From: Octopus vulgaris | Taxonomy: Eukaryota | Assembly: GCA_951406725.2 (NCBI GenBank) | Contig: OX597816.1 | Coordinates: forward strand, 52,390,001-52,454,000 | Length of the DNA stretch: 64,000 nucleotides | Direction of reading: 5' to 3' | Shown here: one piece after another, positions 1 to 14,220 of the stretch | How positions within the stretch are numbered: the first letter of the stretch is position 1 | How the letters are laid out: each line of letters begins with the position of its first letter | Position numbers and translations under genes: made by a program | Notes under the pieces: generated by a model | What the model was told of the DNA's origin: nothing | The model's database searches: none | What the model saw: only the letters and a program-made list of their open reading frames with translations

Positions 1-69
1 TCTAACATTTTGAAGAACACACTGGAGATTGTCCAATGGAAGACTGTGGATATTTCTAAATATTCTAGA

Positions 70-487
70 TATAGGCGTAGGAGTGGCTGCACGGTAAGTA
101 GCTTGCTTACCAACCACATGGTTCTGGGTTCAGTCCTACTGCGTGGCACCTTGGGCAAGTGTCTTCTACTATAGCTTCAGACCGACCAAAGCCTTGTGAG
201 TGGATTTAGTAGACGGAAACTGAAAGAAGCCCGTCGTATATATATATATATGTATGTGTGTGTGTATGTTTGTGTGTTTGTGTTTGTCCTCCCAACATCA
301 CTTGACAACCGACGCTGGTGTGTTTACGTCCCCATAACATAGCCATTCGGCAAAAGAGAGCTGATAGAATAAATACTAGGCTTACAAAGAATAAGTCCTG
401 GGGTCAATTTCCTCGACTAAAGGCGGTGCTCCAGCATGGCCACAGTCAAATGACTGAAACAAGTAAAAGAGAGAGAGTAAAAGAGTA
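70..487 (+). mobile_element. tRNA-derived SINE family A (full length)
   Basis: A box tggctgcacgg, B box ggttcagtcct, internal (TA)/(TG) microsatellite, agtaaaag-repeat tail; about 20 copies in the window. Confidence 0.9.
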
Positions 488-751
488 TAGAAAATTACAG
501 GATGATCATGGAGGGAACAACTTTGATTACAGATCTGTTGGTTCAATCATTGCAAGTCGACTTGAATAAGTGCTGAATTTCCATGGCTTGTCTACAATTT
601 AAATGCTTTGAATGTCAAGCAAAGTAAACGCAGAAATGAGAAATGATCTGTCTTGGTGATATCTATTTTTGATGCCTAACCTCTTACCATTGCAACTCAT
701 AATCTTCTATGACCCAGTTTTTTCAAATATATTACAATGGGCAACACATAT

Positions 752-1140
752 ACTCTTTTATTTGTTTTAGTCATTTGACTGCGGCCATGCTGAAGCACTG
801 CTTTTTAGTCGAGCAAATTGACCCCAGGACTTATTCTTTGTAAGCCAAGTACTTACTCTCTCGGTCTCTTTTTGCTGAACTGCTAAGTGACGGGGACATA
901 AACACATCAGCATCGGTTGTCAAGCGATGTTGGGGGGACACACACACATATATATATATATACACACATATATACAATGGGCTTCTTTCAGTTTCTGTCT
1001 ACCAAATCCACTCACAAGGCTTCGGTCAGCCTGAGGCTATAGCAGAAGACACTTGCTCAAGTTGTCACGCAGTGGGAATGAACCTGGAACCATGTGGTTT
1101 GTAAGCAAGCTACTTACCACACAGCCACTCCTGTGCCTAT
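752..1140 (-). mobile_element. SINE family A
   Basis: Reverse complement of the 70-487 type. Confidence 0.9.
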
Positions 1141-1894
1141 ATTAATACATTCTACAATTGGATGCTTTCTCTGCTGCTCACACTCCCTTTCCAAGCAAAT
1201 TATTATCTTCACATGACTAGACATGTTTTCATGGAAGATTGGAAACAAGTGATAATGCTTGTATGACAATAACTATTATGCAATGCCAAGACAGGGAGAT
1301 ACACACACACACATACATACCACACTGTAAAATAGTCAGTGACAGAAAGGGCATCCAGGGGTAGAATCCTATTTAAGTGACGTTCATGAACTCCAATTTT
1401 ATGAGGGCAGAGACTGCCAATAAAAAATTAACTCAGACTGGCAATTCCTCCAACCATGACAGCAAGGAAAACAGATATTAAAAGATGATGATCATCATGA
1501 TGATAATGGTAGGCAGTATAATTCTGTGGAAATATGGAAACAAAAGTGAAGGCAGATGGAATAAGCAGTGAATCATTTGTCACTAATTCACTTTTGGTCA
1601 GTATGATGAAGCAATTATTTTAACAATGCAAGTTCTATTTTGAACTAAAGCCAAACAGATCTGGCAACATTTTACATAGAATTGCATAGCCTTTATTTTC
1701 CTTCTATGGCGACTCTATCTAAATTATAAGTTGAATTCACTTCCTCTTTTACTATTGGTTGCAAGTGTGAGGTTGCATAGCCTAGTGGCTAGGGTGTTGC
1801 CCTCACAATCGTGAGTTCATGGTTTCAATTACTGGTCTGGGTAGTGTGTTGTATTCTCAAGCAAAACACTTCATCTCATGTTACTCTGCAATCC

Positions 1895-2470
1895 ATATCA
1901 GGACAATTACCCCAGTAGGACAATTACCCCCTTATAGGACAATTCCCCCTGACAACAACTACCCCCTAGGACAATTATCTTCTTTGGTTAATTAGTCTCT
2001 CTCTAATATATTAAGAAGTTTTAAATCATCATCTGTTGTCCTTGGGGATGGTACTCGAGCCCCGTGCTAGTAGGGTATTAAGAGCACCATGCGAGCGTGA
2101 TCGTTGCCAGAGCGACTATCTGGCCTCCATACCGGTGGCACATAGAAGACACCATTTGAGCATGATCGTTACCAGCATCGCCTTACTGGCACCTGTGCTG
2201 GTGGCATGTGTAAAGTATTCGAGCAAGGTTGGTGCCAGTACTGCCTGACTGGCCCCATGCTGTTGGTACGTAAAAGCACCCACTACACTCTTGGAGTGGT
2301 TGGCATTAGGAAGAGCATCCAGCTGTGGAAACTCTGCCAGATCAAGATTGGAGTCTGGTGCAGCCATCTGGTTCACCAGCCTTCAGTCAAATCGTCCAAC
2401 CCATGCTAGCATGGAAAGCGGACATTAAACGATGATGATGATGATGATGATGGATAAATGTCCTAGACTC
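1895..2470. mobile_element. MULE-like non-autonomous element with ggacaattacccc subterminal repeats, interrupted by an RTE tail
   Basis: 9-bp TSD ctgcaatcc at 1886-1894 and 2471-2479; imperfect TIRs aggacaattaccc / ggataaatgtcct. Confidence 0.55.
2035..2452 (+). mobile_element. RTE-type 3' UTR fragment with (GAT)n tail; other copies at ~49515-49867 (+), 52980-53288 (+), 9250-9560 (-), 26190-26340 (-)
   Basis: Shared cccactacactc...ggagtggttggcattaggaag...ccaacccatgctagcatggaaagcggac...gatgatgat. Confidence 0.75.
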
Positions 2471-2756
2471 CTGCAATCCCTTCTATATTTGATGCATGCA
2501 ACATTGATTTGATGGAGGGAGTGAGGTAATGTGCAATGCATACACTTGATCATTATAAACATATATTTTATGCAGCTTGTTCAGCAAGAACTGGCAGCTA
2601 CCTTTTTCTCTGAGAGGCTACCAGCATCATCATTGGCTGTAACTTACTTGTTAGTGGCAGTGTTGTGGTTTAGAACAAATCAGCTCTAATTGAGCAAGCC
2701 AGTGATCAAGCACATTTAAGCTATTGATCATCCTGACTTTTTTTTATATATATTTA

Positions 2757-3177
2757 CTAGCAGTATAGCCCAGCGTTGCTCGGGTTTGTTTTCTTTTTGA
2801 CCCTTTAGAATTGGAATTTTTCAAAAGTAAAAATTTTGCATTATGTAGCTTGTTATTCTCTTTAAGTGAACATTTTTCTGGTTGAAATACACTGAAAAAT
2901 GGTGACACAACAGTCAAAAAATCATAAACAATAGGGATTTTCATAGAAAAAAAGCACCCTTTTGATGTAAATAATTTTCTGTCTTAACATGGTCCAATTT
3001 GAATTTTTTCCTCTATGGAATGAAGAGCAAGCCTTCTTCTATTATAATCTTAATTTTGGTCAACTTGCGCCGCAGGGTCTCGGAGGAGATAGTGTTGGTT
3101 GAAGGCTACCAAACCTGCCCCCCCACACACACACACATACACACACACAACTTCAGCTTTATATATATATATATAGA
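2757..3177 (-). mobile_element. Non-autonomous Helitron
   Basis: Minus strand begins TC and ends cccgagcaacgctggg hairpin + CTAG; inserted at A|T. Confidence 0.7.
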
Positions 3178-3867
3178 TGAATACCTTGTTCAATGTGTGA
3201 TTCTATATTTAAGATGACAGCATAAGAGATGAGGATATTTTGGCGCTATATTTAGCAGGTTTAGAGGAAATGCATAGATCCGCTCTCAATTTTCTCATTG
3301 GTCAAAACTGTAATGTTTCCTGTTTGGTGAATGACACTTTTTTTGTATTTTTCTGAATGAGCTTAATTCTGCTTTCATTGATAGTATTTCAATATCATTA
3401 TAATGCTGTTGCTATGGACTTTTTACAAAGACTTATTATAATGATGTTACTCATCACAGTTATATTGACAGTGGTACTATAATGTTTCTATGTAACAGAG
3501 TTATTTCTAACTTGATGATAATTTATACTATCACAATGTTTAAGTTATAGAAACTATATATATTTGTGTGTGTGTGTGTGTGTGTTTTGTGTGTGTGTGT
3601 GTGTGTTTTGCAAGATTATGGTTTAGATTCACAAACTGAGCAGCGTGTTGTGTTTTTGAGTAAAACAATTCCTTTCACGTTGCTCCACAGTCATTTCCAC
3701 AGCTAACATGTGGTACCCTATGCACCTGTACAGGTAATGCCAATTTGGTGGAGAGAGAGAACTAATGTACAGTACAAACATCTGAGCACTATAAACAATT
3801 TATTTCTGTAGTTGTTCAGCAACAAATTGCAGTTCCCTGACTAGTCATTTATCACAGAAACTCAACC

Positions 3868-3904
<37 letters not shown>

Positions 3905-4730
3905 TTGCAAGATTCTTGATGTGAAATCATGTGTTGAAACAGATGTTGTTGTATTTAGGAATGGTCATTTTTCACTAATGAGGTCACAGAAGTGTGACGA
4001 AAGAACACTGGCTGAAATAAGATTAAGAATAATGTAAAAAACAAATAAAGCTGAAGCAAATTAACACCGAATATATAGTGTGTGTGTTTTTATTGGCTAA
4101 ACTGGCAAAATGACCATTCCTAAATACAGCAATATATATATATATATATATATATATTTTCCTCCGTCTTCCCTTCTCTGGATCTTTCCTTCTCCTATAT
4201 TTCCGACGAAGAGCTCTGCTTGAAACGTTAAACCCTCTTTCTTTTCTTCTTTCCTGAGCGTCCAATAATACTATATTTGTTCCACGTTCTCGCGTTGTTG
4301 TGTTTTTTTGTGCTTTCATGTTTGGATCAACTATATATATATATATATGTATATATAGCTGTAGAAACCATGCCAAAGCAGACTGTGGAATCTGGTGTGG
4401 CCTCCAGCCTCACCAGGTCTGTCAAGCCATTCAATACCATGCCAGTGTGGAAAACGGATGCTAAATTATGATATTTGCACCCTAACGTAACCAACTCATC
4501 CTCAAATTATTCTTATCATCCTGAGGCAAGAAAAGAAAAAAAAAACCTATCAGTCAATGCAAACGTAGCTCAAAATGCCTTAGATAAAAGAGATGGCCAT
4601 GACTGGAACACCTTTGATCATGTGTTTATCTGATTAGGTTTAAGGGTTATACATCAAATTTTAAAATGTACAAGGAGGGAAGAAAATCAGTGTGTCAAAG
4701 CTAGACATTTGAGTTACAGCTAAAAATTTA

Positions 4731-5126
4731 TACTCTTTACTCTTTTACTTGTTTCAGTCATTTGACTACAGCCATGCTGGAGCACCGCCTTTAGTCGAGC
4801 AAATCGACCCAAGGACTTATTCTTTGTAAGCCTTATTCTATCTTCTCTTTTGCCGAACTGCCAAGTTATGGGGACATAAACACACCAGCATCGGTTGTCA
4901 AGCAATGTTGGGGGGACAAACACACACATACACAGACACACATATATACAAAACATATATACGACGGGCTTCTTTCATTTTCCGTCTACCAAATCCACCC
5001 ACAAGGCTTTGGTCGGCCCGAAGCTATAGCAGAAGACATTTGCGCAAGGTGCTACACAGTGGGACTGAACCCGGAACCATGTGGTTGGTAAGCAAGCTAC
5101 TTACCACACAGCCACTCCTGCGCCTA
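4731..5126 (-). mobile_element. SINE family A
   Basis: Same head, body and tail. Confidence 0.9.
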
Positions 5127-6817
5127 TCAAAACATTTTCATGCAGTTTCCTACCCAAAGTTTCCATATGATTTCTTGGATAAGGCTTGAGTTACTCAGAT
5201 TATGATAAAAGACATTTTCTCAAGATTTTGCACAGCTGAAGAAAACCCGAGACATTGTGATTGCAAAGTGAAATTCTGAACCATCCAGCCACAAATACAG
5301 TATTATAATTTAGCTGTTAGAAAAATGCTTCTTAGAAAACAGAGCAGTTATATAACTTATGGTTGCACTGGTAATTTAACTGCCTCACAATTTAAGTTGC
5401 CAATGTCATCGCTGTTGCTTCATTCCTGATCATCTCTGGTTGAATAGATCTAGAATCAAAAGCATTTCTGCTATGACTATTCAATTTTTTGTTTGTTTTA
5501 TCTAGCAGATCAAATAACTATGTAGAAGCTCTCTGGTTGGCTTGTTATTTCATCATTATAGTCAGTGATGGTGCATTCATCTTCCATTTTCATTCCATTT
5601 ACAAATTTGACGTTTATATATGTTTCATAGGGCCCGTATTTTTTTACTAAAGCAGTCCATTCATGACCATCTCATCTTTTATTTAAGATACACTATATCT
5701 AAGATTATGGAAGTGCAATGGCCCAGTGGTTAGGGCAGTGGACTTGCAGTTGTAGGAACACGGTTTTGATTTCCAGACTGGTGTTGTGAGTGTTTATTGA
5801 GCAAAAACACTTAAAGATCCACAAGGCTCCAGCAGGGGGTAGTGGTTATCCCTGCCGTACTCTTTCGCCACAACTTTCTCTCACTCTTTCTTCTGTTGGC
5901 ATGCTCACTTAGCAGCAGGGTGGCATCATTTGAAGGCTAAAACAATGTGAAGCGCATTGTGACTAATGATGTGTAGCAACATCTGATAGCCTGGTCGCTC
6001 ACGGTGATTACGGTGATATCTAAGATTACATTATCTCATGTGTCCTATGATTATTTTATTTTAAATGGTAAGGTGCAATATGAGGGAGATTTGGTTGCTA
6101 TTTCTAGCAGCTTGTGTAATCCTATTGAAGCTTCCTTGATTGGTGAGAGGGTGAGCTCCTGCTACTTCACCATGTCCATTTTTAGATTTGATGTTGTTGA
6201 TGTTGTTGTTTAGCCCTGAATCAAACTTAATTAAACAAGTATATAACCAAAAGCATTCTCGCAATGACCATCTCTTCTTTTGGAAGCATTGTGTATCTGG
6301 TGAATTAGCAGAGACATTAGAGTGTCAGACAAAAAGTTTTGCAGTATTTGTTCTCACTCTCTGAACCCCAAGTTCAAGTTCCACTAAAGTCAATTTCCCC
6401 TTTCATCCTTTCAGGGTTCATACAACATTACGAACCCAATCCAAGATGAGAGATTAGTAGAACTGTAAGTAGGTCAGACCAGATACCACAAGGTATTTGG
6501 AATAAGTGCCGTTATGACCTACTTGGGTGGCAGTCTTTAACAAGTCACTGGGTTTAACATCACTACTTAGAATCTTAGGTGCCTTTAGCAGAATCTTTTC
6601 CATTGGAAACATTCAGGCCAGATTTCCAGTTCATGACCTTCCTTTCACCTTTCCACCAGTCTGAGAGGTCCTGTAATTTATCACAAATACTGCTTTCCCT
6701 CCTAAGAGATAACAAGAAACACAAGTCCTTTTCTTAAGATGATAGAGTATAATTTGAGGGAGATTTAGTTATTATTTTTAACAGGATGAACAACCATATA
6801 AAAGTTGTAGTGGTCAG

Positions 6818-7201
6818 TTACTCTTTTACTTGTTTCAGTCATTTGACTGCAGCCATGCTGGAGCACCGCCTTTAGTCGATCAAATCGACCCCCGGACTTA
6901 TTCTTTGTAAGCCCAGTACTTATTCTATCGGTCTCTTTTGCCGAACCGCTAAGTGACGGGGACGTAAACACACCAGCATCGGTTGTCAAGCAATGCTAGG
7001 GGGACAAACACAGACACACAAATATATATATATATACATATATACGACAGGCTTCTTTCAGTTTCCGTCTACCAAATCCACTCACAAGGCATTGGTCGGC
7101 CCGGGGCTATAGCAGAAGACACTTGCCCAAGATGCCACGCAGTGGGACTGAACCTGCAACCATGTTGTTGGTTAGCAAGATACTTACCACACAGCCACTC
7201 C
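6818..7201 (-). mobile_element. SINE family A
   Basis: Same consensus; subfamily variants shared with 26540-26963. Confidence 0.9.
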
Positions 7202-10200
7202 TTGTTGATTTGCTCCAGATCTTTGTTGATTAAGTCGGTCAATGAGTGATGACATCTTAATTGTGAGAAGCCTGTCTTAATTGTATATCAGAGGCTGCAT
7301 GGTCCACAATATCTTTCATTTTTTCAAGATAATAGAGTATATCTAAAAGAATTTAGCTGCTCTTTCTACCAGGCCGACCCTCTATATAGAGATTTCCTGC
7401 TCTACTCCAATCACTTATTGTTGCTCTGATTGCTGTTATTACTGTTATTATGAAAGATTGACTATAATTAATAAAACAATAACATAAAAGCTGTTGTTTC
7501 TAGCAGGATGAGTAAGAGGCAGTACAGATGTTTCTTTTAATCTTTCCTTGTCCTTGTTACTACTTTTATTGTTGATATTATAATATCCTGTGGATATAAT
7601 TTTGCAAGATGATAGCATCAAGGCTGTTATTTCTAGCATGGTAAGGGAGCAACTTTATGAAAGCTTCACCCTTATCCCTCCTTCTTCTTACTCTTGTTGT
7701 TATTGACATTATGAAAGCCTGTGGGCATAATTTTTCAAGAAGATACTATCAAAACCTAAATAAGTGATTCAGTAGCTATTTCACATACTGATTACATTAG
7801 TGGTTTTTGAAGATTTCTACTTGTGAGATGCCTACTTTAGTGTTATTACATGACAGCAGTAATATGTTGTACTCTCACTTTCCCAAGTATTGATTTTTAC
7901 ATTGTCACAAGATCAAGATGAAAAAAAAACTTGTGGTGTAGAACTAAGTCAATTGATTGACCCATGTCTCACTGCCACCACCACCACCACCTTCACCACT
8001 TGAACATGCCTGGTGCTTATTATAATGATGCTCCAGGAGTCAGTGAAGGAAGCCCCTATGTAGTTGCTTTCTTGACTAGAAATAGCTATGAAATTACCCA
8101 CAAATTGTATTCTACAGTTGTAAATGAAGAAGTATGTATCAAATAATTTAGCCCTTGATATAAAAGAAATCATGGCATGGTTGAAATACTTTTGCTTGTA
8201 GATGTACTTGATCACGGTTGATCTGGGATTAAGCAATATTAACAACAATAACATCATTGCAAAGGAATGGTAAGTGAAGTAAAGCTTAGCTGGATTTGTT
8301 TAGAAGAAATCAGAAGAACTTATTACTGGGTAATTTTTTGTTTAAATATAGAAATAAGTACACTACTCTATATGCCTACTATTACAGCATGATTGAGACT
8401 CTTCAAGGTCACTCAACTCACACGATAAAGCCATAGTTAGAATGCTTTTGATCATAAATTTGCTCAAGAATAAATAATCTGGAGCTAAACAACACCGACA
8501 ATACATTGTAATAGCTACAGAGTGCAAAAGGGGAAAAAATGAGTCAAAATGGCACACACACGCAACACACACACACACACATTAAATGTACACATGTAAT
8601 CGATTTAACTACTCCTGGATAAGTGTATGGAAGCTGCAGCCCTCTACCAAGCCATGTTATACCAGTGTGGCAAAGTAGACTCATCAAACCAGTGTGATGT
8701 CGGGCTCAAATTCACAGCCTCCACACCAGAGAATGGTTGGTAGAGAGGACATGCCGAGACATTCATCCTTCAGCAGAGTGAATATAGGAAATCCAATCCA
8801 ATCCAATCCACACACACACACACAAAACCAGTATATTCACACTGGTGTTTAAACTTGAAATCAAAAGAAATTGCTGCTACTAAGGAAAGCAAAGCTACAA
8901 TTACCCCATCAACCATTCACTGCACCCATCAGAACAGGGTAAACCTGCAGTATAACCCTGAGTCTTAGATATCTTTACAAAGATATACGCGTACATGTAT
9001 GTATGTGTGTATCATCATTTTATGCTTTTATCTTCACGAACATGGATTCATATTAAAACTTCATATAATGTTTCAAATTTTTTTTGCACAAGGGCAGCAA
9101 TTTTTAAGAGAGGGCATAAGTTGATTTCATCAGCCCCAATGCACAACTAGTACTTAGTTCTATCGAGCCTAAAAGGGTTAAAGGCAAACTTGGCTTCGTA
9201 AAGTGTCAGAAGAAATGCTGCTAAGTATTTTCCCAATCAATATTATCCTCATCATCGTTTAACGTCTGCTTTCTATACAGACATGGGTTGGACGGTTTGA
9301 CAGGAGCTGGCCAGACATCTATATCTGTTTTGGCATGGTTTTTACAGCTGGATACCCTTCCTAACACCAACCACCCAGCTGAGTGGGCTGAATACTTTAA
9401 ATGTGGAACCAGCACAGGTAAGATCAGCTTTGGCATAGTTTTAACAGCTGGATGCCCTTCCAAATGTCAACCACTTTACAGTGTGGACTGGATGCTTTTT
9501 ACATGACACCAGCACTGGCAGGGTCACCAAGTAATTTGCCAGACAAGATCCTTTGAAAGGGGGTGGGGCATTGCTACAAATAACAGGTATTGCCTGTATT
9601 TGCTCAAGTAATATGTCCTTTACATCTGGTGAAAAATAACTGCCAACTGTTTTACATATCAAACACTACTGCTCCCTAATTGTGTATATGCATATATTTA
9701 TCAAGTGAGACAATATGATTACAGGTGGAACATTTTTTAACATAGATTCCCGAATCAAACCTAACCTGAGGCTAAATAGCAACTAAGTGAGCCCTTATGT
9801 GGTAACCAATGACAAAACTTCTGAATTGTTGCTTGAACTGTTAGAAATAGTAAGCAAACTCACTCAAATTATACTACCTACAGCTTTAAAATAAAGATGA
9901 CATTGGATGCTGTAGTCCCAGGCACATAAAAAAATGGTATAGTTATGTTTGAAATATATATTTCATAAGTTTTCATTATCAGAGTTACTTTTGCAACAAA
10001 ACCAACTTCAATATGGTAGGCTGACCTGCTAGAAACAGTAGTCAAATATTTCTCAAATCCCACACAGAAACATCTATATGTGTATGTGTGTGTATGTGTA
10101 TGCGTGTGTGTGTGTGTGTATACATAAACACCGAGTGAGATAAAAATACACAAATCAATACACACACAGCAGTTTGCTTGAACTCATTCTGGCAGGCATA

Positions 10201-10869
10201 AATGCAAGTCCCTCAGTGATTCTTTCAATTGTTAGAAAAAGAAGCCAAAATTCTTGTACATGAACCTACCACATACAGGCTCTTTTTACAGTTGCTGTTT
10301 CAATCCAGGTTATCTCTAATAAAAGTATGCCATACATAACTACTCTACCTTGTTTAACTGGTAGGTACATTAATCCCTAATATATAGAAAGACTGGGTGG
10401 TTAGAGCAGGAACATCTTTTATCATATGACTGTGCAACCAGGACTAACTTGTGATAAACGACTAAAATATATTGTACACAATTTAAAATAGTTTGCTGTC
10501 TATCTGGACTTCCTTCTGACTTTACAGTACAAGTTTGGGGAAGTGGAAGTAAACAGTACAAAAGTGTAAGATACTGGAGCTATAAATTGACTTAAAACTG
10601 AGAGAGAGAGAGATAATTAGGAGAGGGGAAACATATAAGAAGTATGAGAGTTTGTGGGAGAAAAGCACACTGCTTGAGAAACACTATGTATTTATTAAGA
10701 AATGCTATTGAAGAAAATTGTCTATTTCATAGAAGGAGGGACATAAGATTTGAAGTAAAGAGAGAACACCAGGTTTAGTAAATGAAAATTAAGGGATATA
10801 CTGTGATGAGAAATGGAAAGAAAGAGGAGATAATAAATACTCTTTCAAAAACATGCAGTAATCACTTAC

Positions 10870-10902
10870 CATAATCAAGACCAATGTCAATGCTAAACAC
10901 AT
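10870..10902 (-). CDS. Candidate 33-nt micro-exon (NVFSIDIGLDY)
   Basis: Acceptor ctgttttaaag, donor gtaagt, phase 1-1, compatible with exon 11231. No homology support. Confidence 0.3.
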
Positions 10903-11230
10903 CTTTAAAACAGCATGCTTTCCCATGTGTGTGTGTGAGAGAGAAGGAAGTATATTAGATAATAAAGGGAAAACTCATAGACAAGAAAATGAAGTAGAAA
11001 AAGATAGAAGAGAAAAAGAAAGGAAGTAAAGATAATGACATTTGATTGTTGAATGCTATGTGTAGGTGATAGGTGGAAATTATTTCTCCCTTAATATAGG
11101 CAAACTGGAAGATGGGAATAAGTTTTGATAAATCTACCAAACGTATCAAGAGTTCAAGCTTGCTTTACGTGAGAGCAGAAAGTGTTGAAATGCAATAAAG
11201 TAAAAAGAGAAGTAATATAAATTAACTTAC

Positions 11231-11279
11231 TGCCATTCACTGGTCGATCTGTTTCCTGGATATGGTGAGAGCTTACATA
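11231..11279 (-). CDS. Candidate 49-nt exon of the same gene (YVSSHHIQETDRPVNG)
   Basis: Strong acceptor tcttcctattttccattgcag and donor gtaagt. Open in phase 0, as required after exon 17503. Confidence 0.55.
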
Positions 11280-12244
11280 CTGCAATGGAAAATAGGAAGA
11301 TTCATTTAAAAACATCAAAGTCAGCAAGATATATATCTTTTTATAGGATTAGTTGAAATAGTCAGAGGGAAGTGTTAGAAGTGATGTGGGCGGGAGACAG
11401 ATGTTTGAAGTGATATTAAAAGTGGTTAGCCATACGAATTAGTGGAGATGCTGGTGAAGATAAGTGTGGTGGGGGTGTTAGTGGTTAGAAATATGTGCTT
11501 GAATTGGTATTTTAGAATTGGAATTATACGTGATGCAATACGTGGTCAGAAGTTGTGAACAGTTGTGAAAGCTACTGGCAGTGAGAATCATATGCTAGAG
11601 GCAAACAGATATATGTTTGCAAGGGGGGGGGTACATTATGTCACAATTAGAGATTAGAGACAGATACGGGATTTTAATGGTGTTTGGCCTCCCCAACCAG
11701 ATCAACTTGATAGAACAAATGTATCATCAGAGACATTTTCAGTCATGACTATTGTGTCTTTTCTGCTGAAATTGCACATCCTGACATTAATATCCAATGT
11801 GTCCGTTTATGAAAAAAGTAGCATGTGATTTGGCTGCTATTTCTAGCAGATCAAAAAAATATATAGATATGATGTAGCAGCGAGAGATAGGAGTAAGGAG
11901 TGGTAGATAAAACTTTCAAATGTTATTGCCTTTTTTCTTTTTTCGGTGATTGCTATAATTGGTGACATTGGTACACAAGAAGGTATTAACTAAAGATTAT
12001 ATTGCTAGAAGTAAAAGTAGAAGCAGTGAAAGCTTTGAATTAGTTGTGGCATTTTAAGCGGACATATATAGCAATGTGCTTCATAATATAGTTAGCAGTA
12101 GGAAGTTGAAGCAGCATATATACGTAAGAAGGCATGTTAGAAGGGAAATAAAGAGGTGGATATTGACAAACATTTAAGAATATTTTCATTTGGAAATTAC
12201 TATTTTTAAATCTCACAATGAGAGATATTCAGCAACAGTACTTT

Positions 12245-12600
12245 GGAGTAAAGATTGTTTGCCAACATAACATGGTAGTCCTGGTTTAGGACGAATGTTG
12301 CTGTAATTTAGCCCCAGGAGACATTGTCTCCAGCTGGCTATACAACACAATCTGTGTCCTTATATTTTCAAACAAGAGTATCCAGCACCCCAACTCAGTT
12401 CAAAACAATATCTGTGTAACCTGGAAATCGCAATACACAGATATTGTTTTGAGCTGAGTTGGGGTGCTAGATTCCCTTGTCTGAAAATATAAGGACACAG
12501 ATTGTGTTGTATAGCCAGCTACAGACGATGGGGCTAAATTGCAGCAATATTCATCCTAAACCAGGACTGCCATGTTATGTTGGCAAACAATCTTTACTCC
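12245..12600. mobile_element. Foldback/MITE with ~170-bp inverted arms
   Basis: ggagtaaagattgtttgccaacataacatgg at the left end and ccatgttatgttggcaaacaatctttactcc at the right end; 15-nt spacer. No clear TSD. Confidence 0.75.
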
Positions 12601-12984
12601 AACATTTTCATTTGTTGTAAAAACTGAGTTACACTAAAACCTCTTGTACCATTAATAGCATTTCAGTAAAGTTCTATGACATGATGCCAGAGCAAAGGTT
12701 CAAAATCCCAGGTTATATTCCTTCCCATGCAATCCCAAGTTTCCTCAATTCTTCTCTATTCTGAATTTCCCATCAAATCAGTTTTTAAGCATTATACTTT
12801 TACTGTAATAACTGTCAAAAAAACTATTTATAGAACTAAATTATTTTACTAATTGCAGTCAAACAAGAAAAGAACTTATTTCAACGGGTCATAAATTCCT
12901 TGTTATAATAACCAAATATGTTGTTAGGAAGATCAACACTTTGAGTGTCATAAAAAAAGTGAGGAGAGAGTAATACTGAAATCT

Positions 12985-13136
12985 TTGCAATACAAAACTT
13001 TTATTTGATGTAATGTCCACTTTGACCCCTGAGCAGAGAAACTGAACAATAAAATCAAGGAACAAACTCAGTTTCATTCTAAAGCTGCCCTGCTCACAAA
13101 TGGTGATCTGTCTTTCTTTCTGTATATTCAGGACAC
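12985..13136 (-). other. Candidate alternative terminal exon (codes V-S-stop, then a short 3' UTR)
   Basis: Acceptor ttttagttttattacag followed by GTG TCC TGA in phase 0. AATAAA at 13005-13000 with U-rich downstream sequence. Confidence 0.3.
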
Positions 13137-14220
13137 CTGTAATAAAACTAAAAGTACATCAGTCATCCAAATATGTTGCTGGGAAAAGCAAAATAATTTG
13201 AGCCTTTATTAGCTATCTTGTCATGTTTGACAATGTTTCGATCCAGCTTCATAAAGAGTTTCCTTTGAAGCATGAACCATTTCACATTGTTAGCATTTTC
13301 CATGTCCATTGGCCTATCTGTCTAATCAGACTCCATTTTAGATAAATAATCTCTATAAATTTCGTTTTTGGATTTGGTTTGCCAGATTCTTTATATGAGT
13401 TTGTGTGTTGAAGCATATTCTGTTGTGTCTGGGGAGAGTCATTTTCTTTGGTGCCTTATGATTTAACACACTCACCAGTAAAATTTCCACTCTTTTTCTT
13501 ATTTTTATTTTTCCTAAAAATTTTCGTTGCGTCTTGCTACCTTTTCAATAGTCTTTTCTATGCTTGTATGGGTCAGATGAAACTCATTGGAGCAGATTTC
13601 TTATAGCCTTACATCAAACCAGGCCTGTTTTAATGTATGTTAATATTACCCCAAGTCCCTTAAACATTGGACAGCTCAATGACCGGACATGTTTAAGTGA
13701 CAGATTGTAAATAATCACATGATTTGTAAGTAGAGTGGCTTTCTTTTTACTCACTGTTTGAATTTGTATTTCGTATGTAGAGTGAATACAGATTACATTA
13801 TTTTCTAGTTTGGAGTTCTTTTCTTAGCAGAAATTCATACCCAATTCCTCTACTAGCTAAAACCCTTCTCATCTCAACCCTTTAGTATTCAGATTATTTG
13901 GTTAAATGTAATACTTATTTATTCACAATATTTTGAATTAATCATGCATTACCTTGATTTTGATGATGTGATTATGTTTAGAATGGCATTGTAGGGGAGT
14001 TGTGAGAGGCCAGATCTGATTGATCTGAACCTAATGCAGGTAAAATATTTGGGCTGGATATGGCTGGTTCCCATACTAAAGAATCAAATCTAAAATTTCT
14101 TCCCTAGGAGCCTAGTATATTCTGTTTGAGAATCATTAAGCTGGAAGGTAATAAGTACAGCAAGCATGTGCCATATGATAACATGTACTATGTTGCTTCT
14201 ACTAATTGTTTTACACCTCA

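Noticed and set aside
72-150. tRNA-like heads of SINE families A-C as tRNA genes
   Set aside because: No complete cloverleaf or Pol III terminator; they continue into SINE bodies.
6523-6670. AG...GT-bounded minus-strand segment resembling an exon
   Set aside because: Stop codons in all three frames and a poor polypyrimidine tract.
10270-10315. Possible further phase-1 exon
   Set aside because: The donor overlaps an old repeat and there is no supporting homology.
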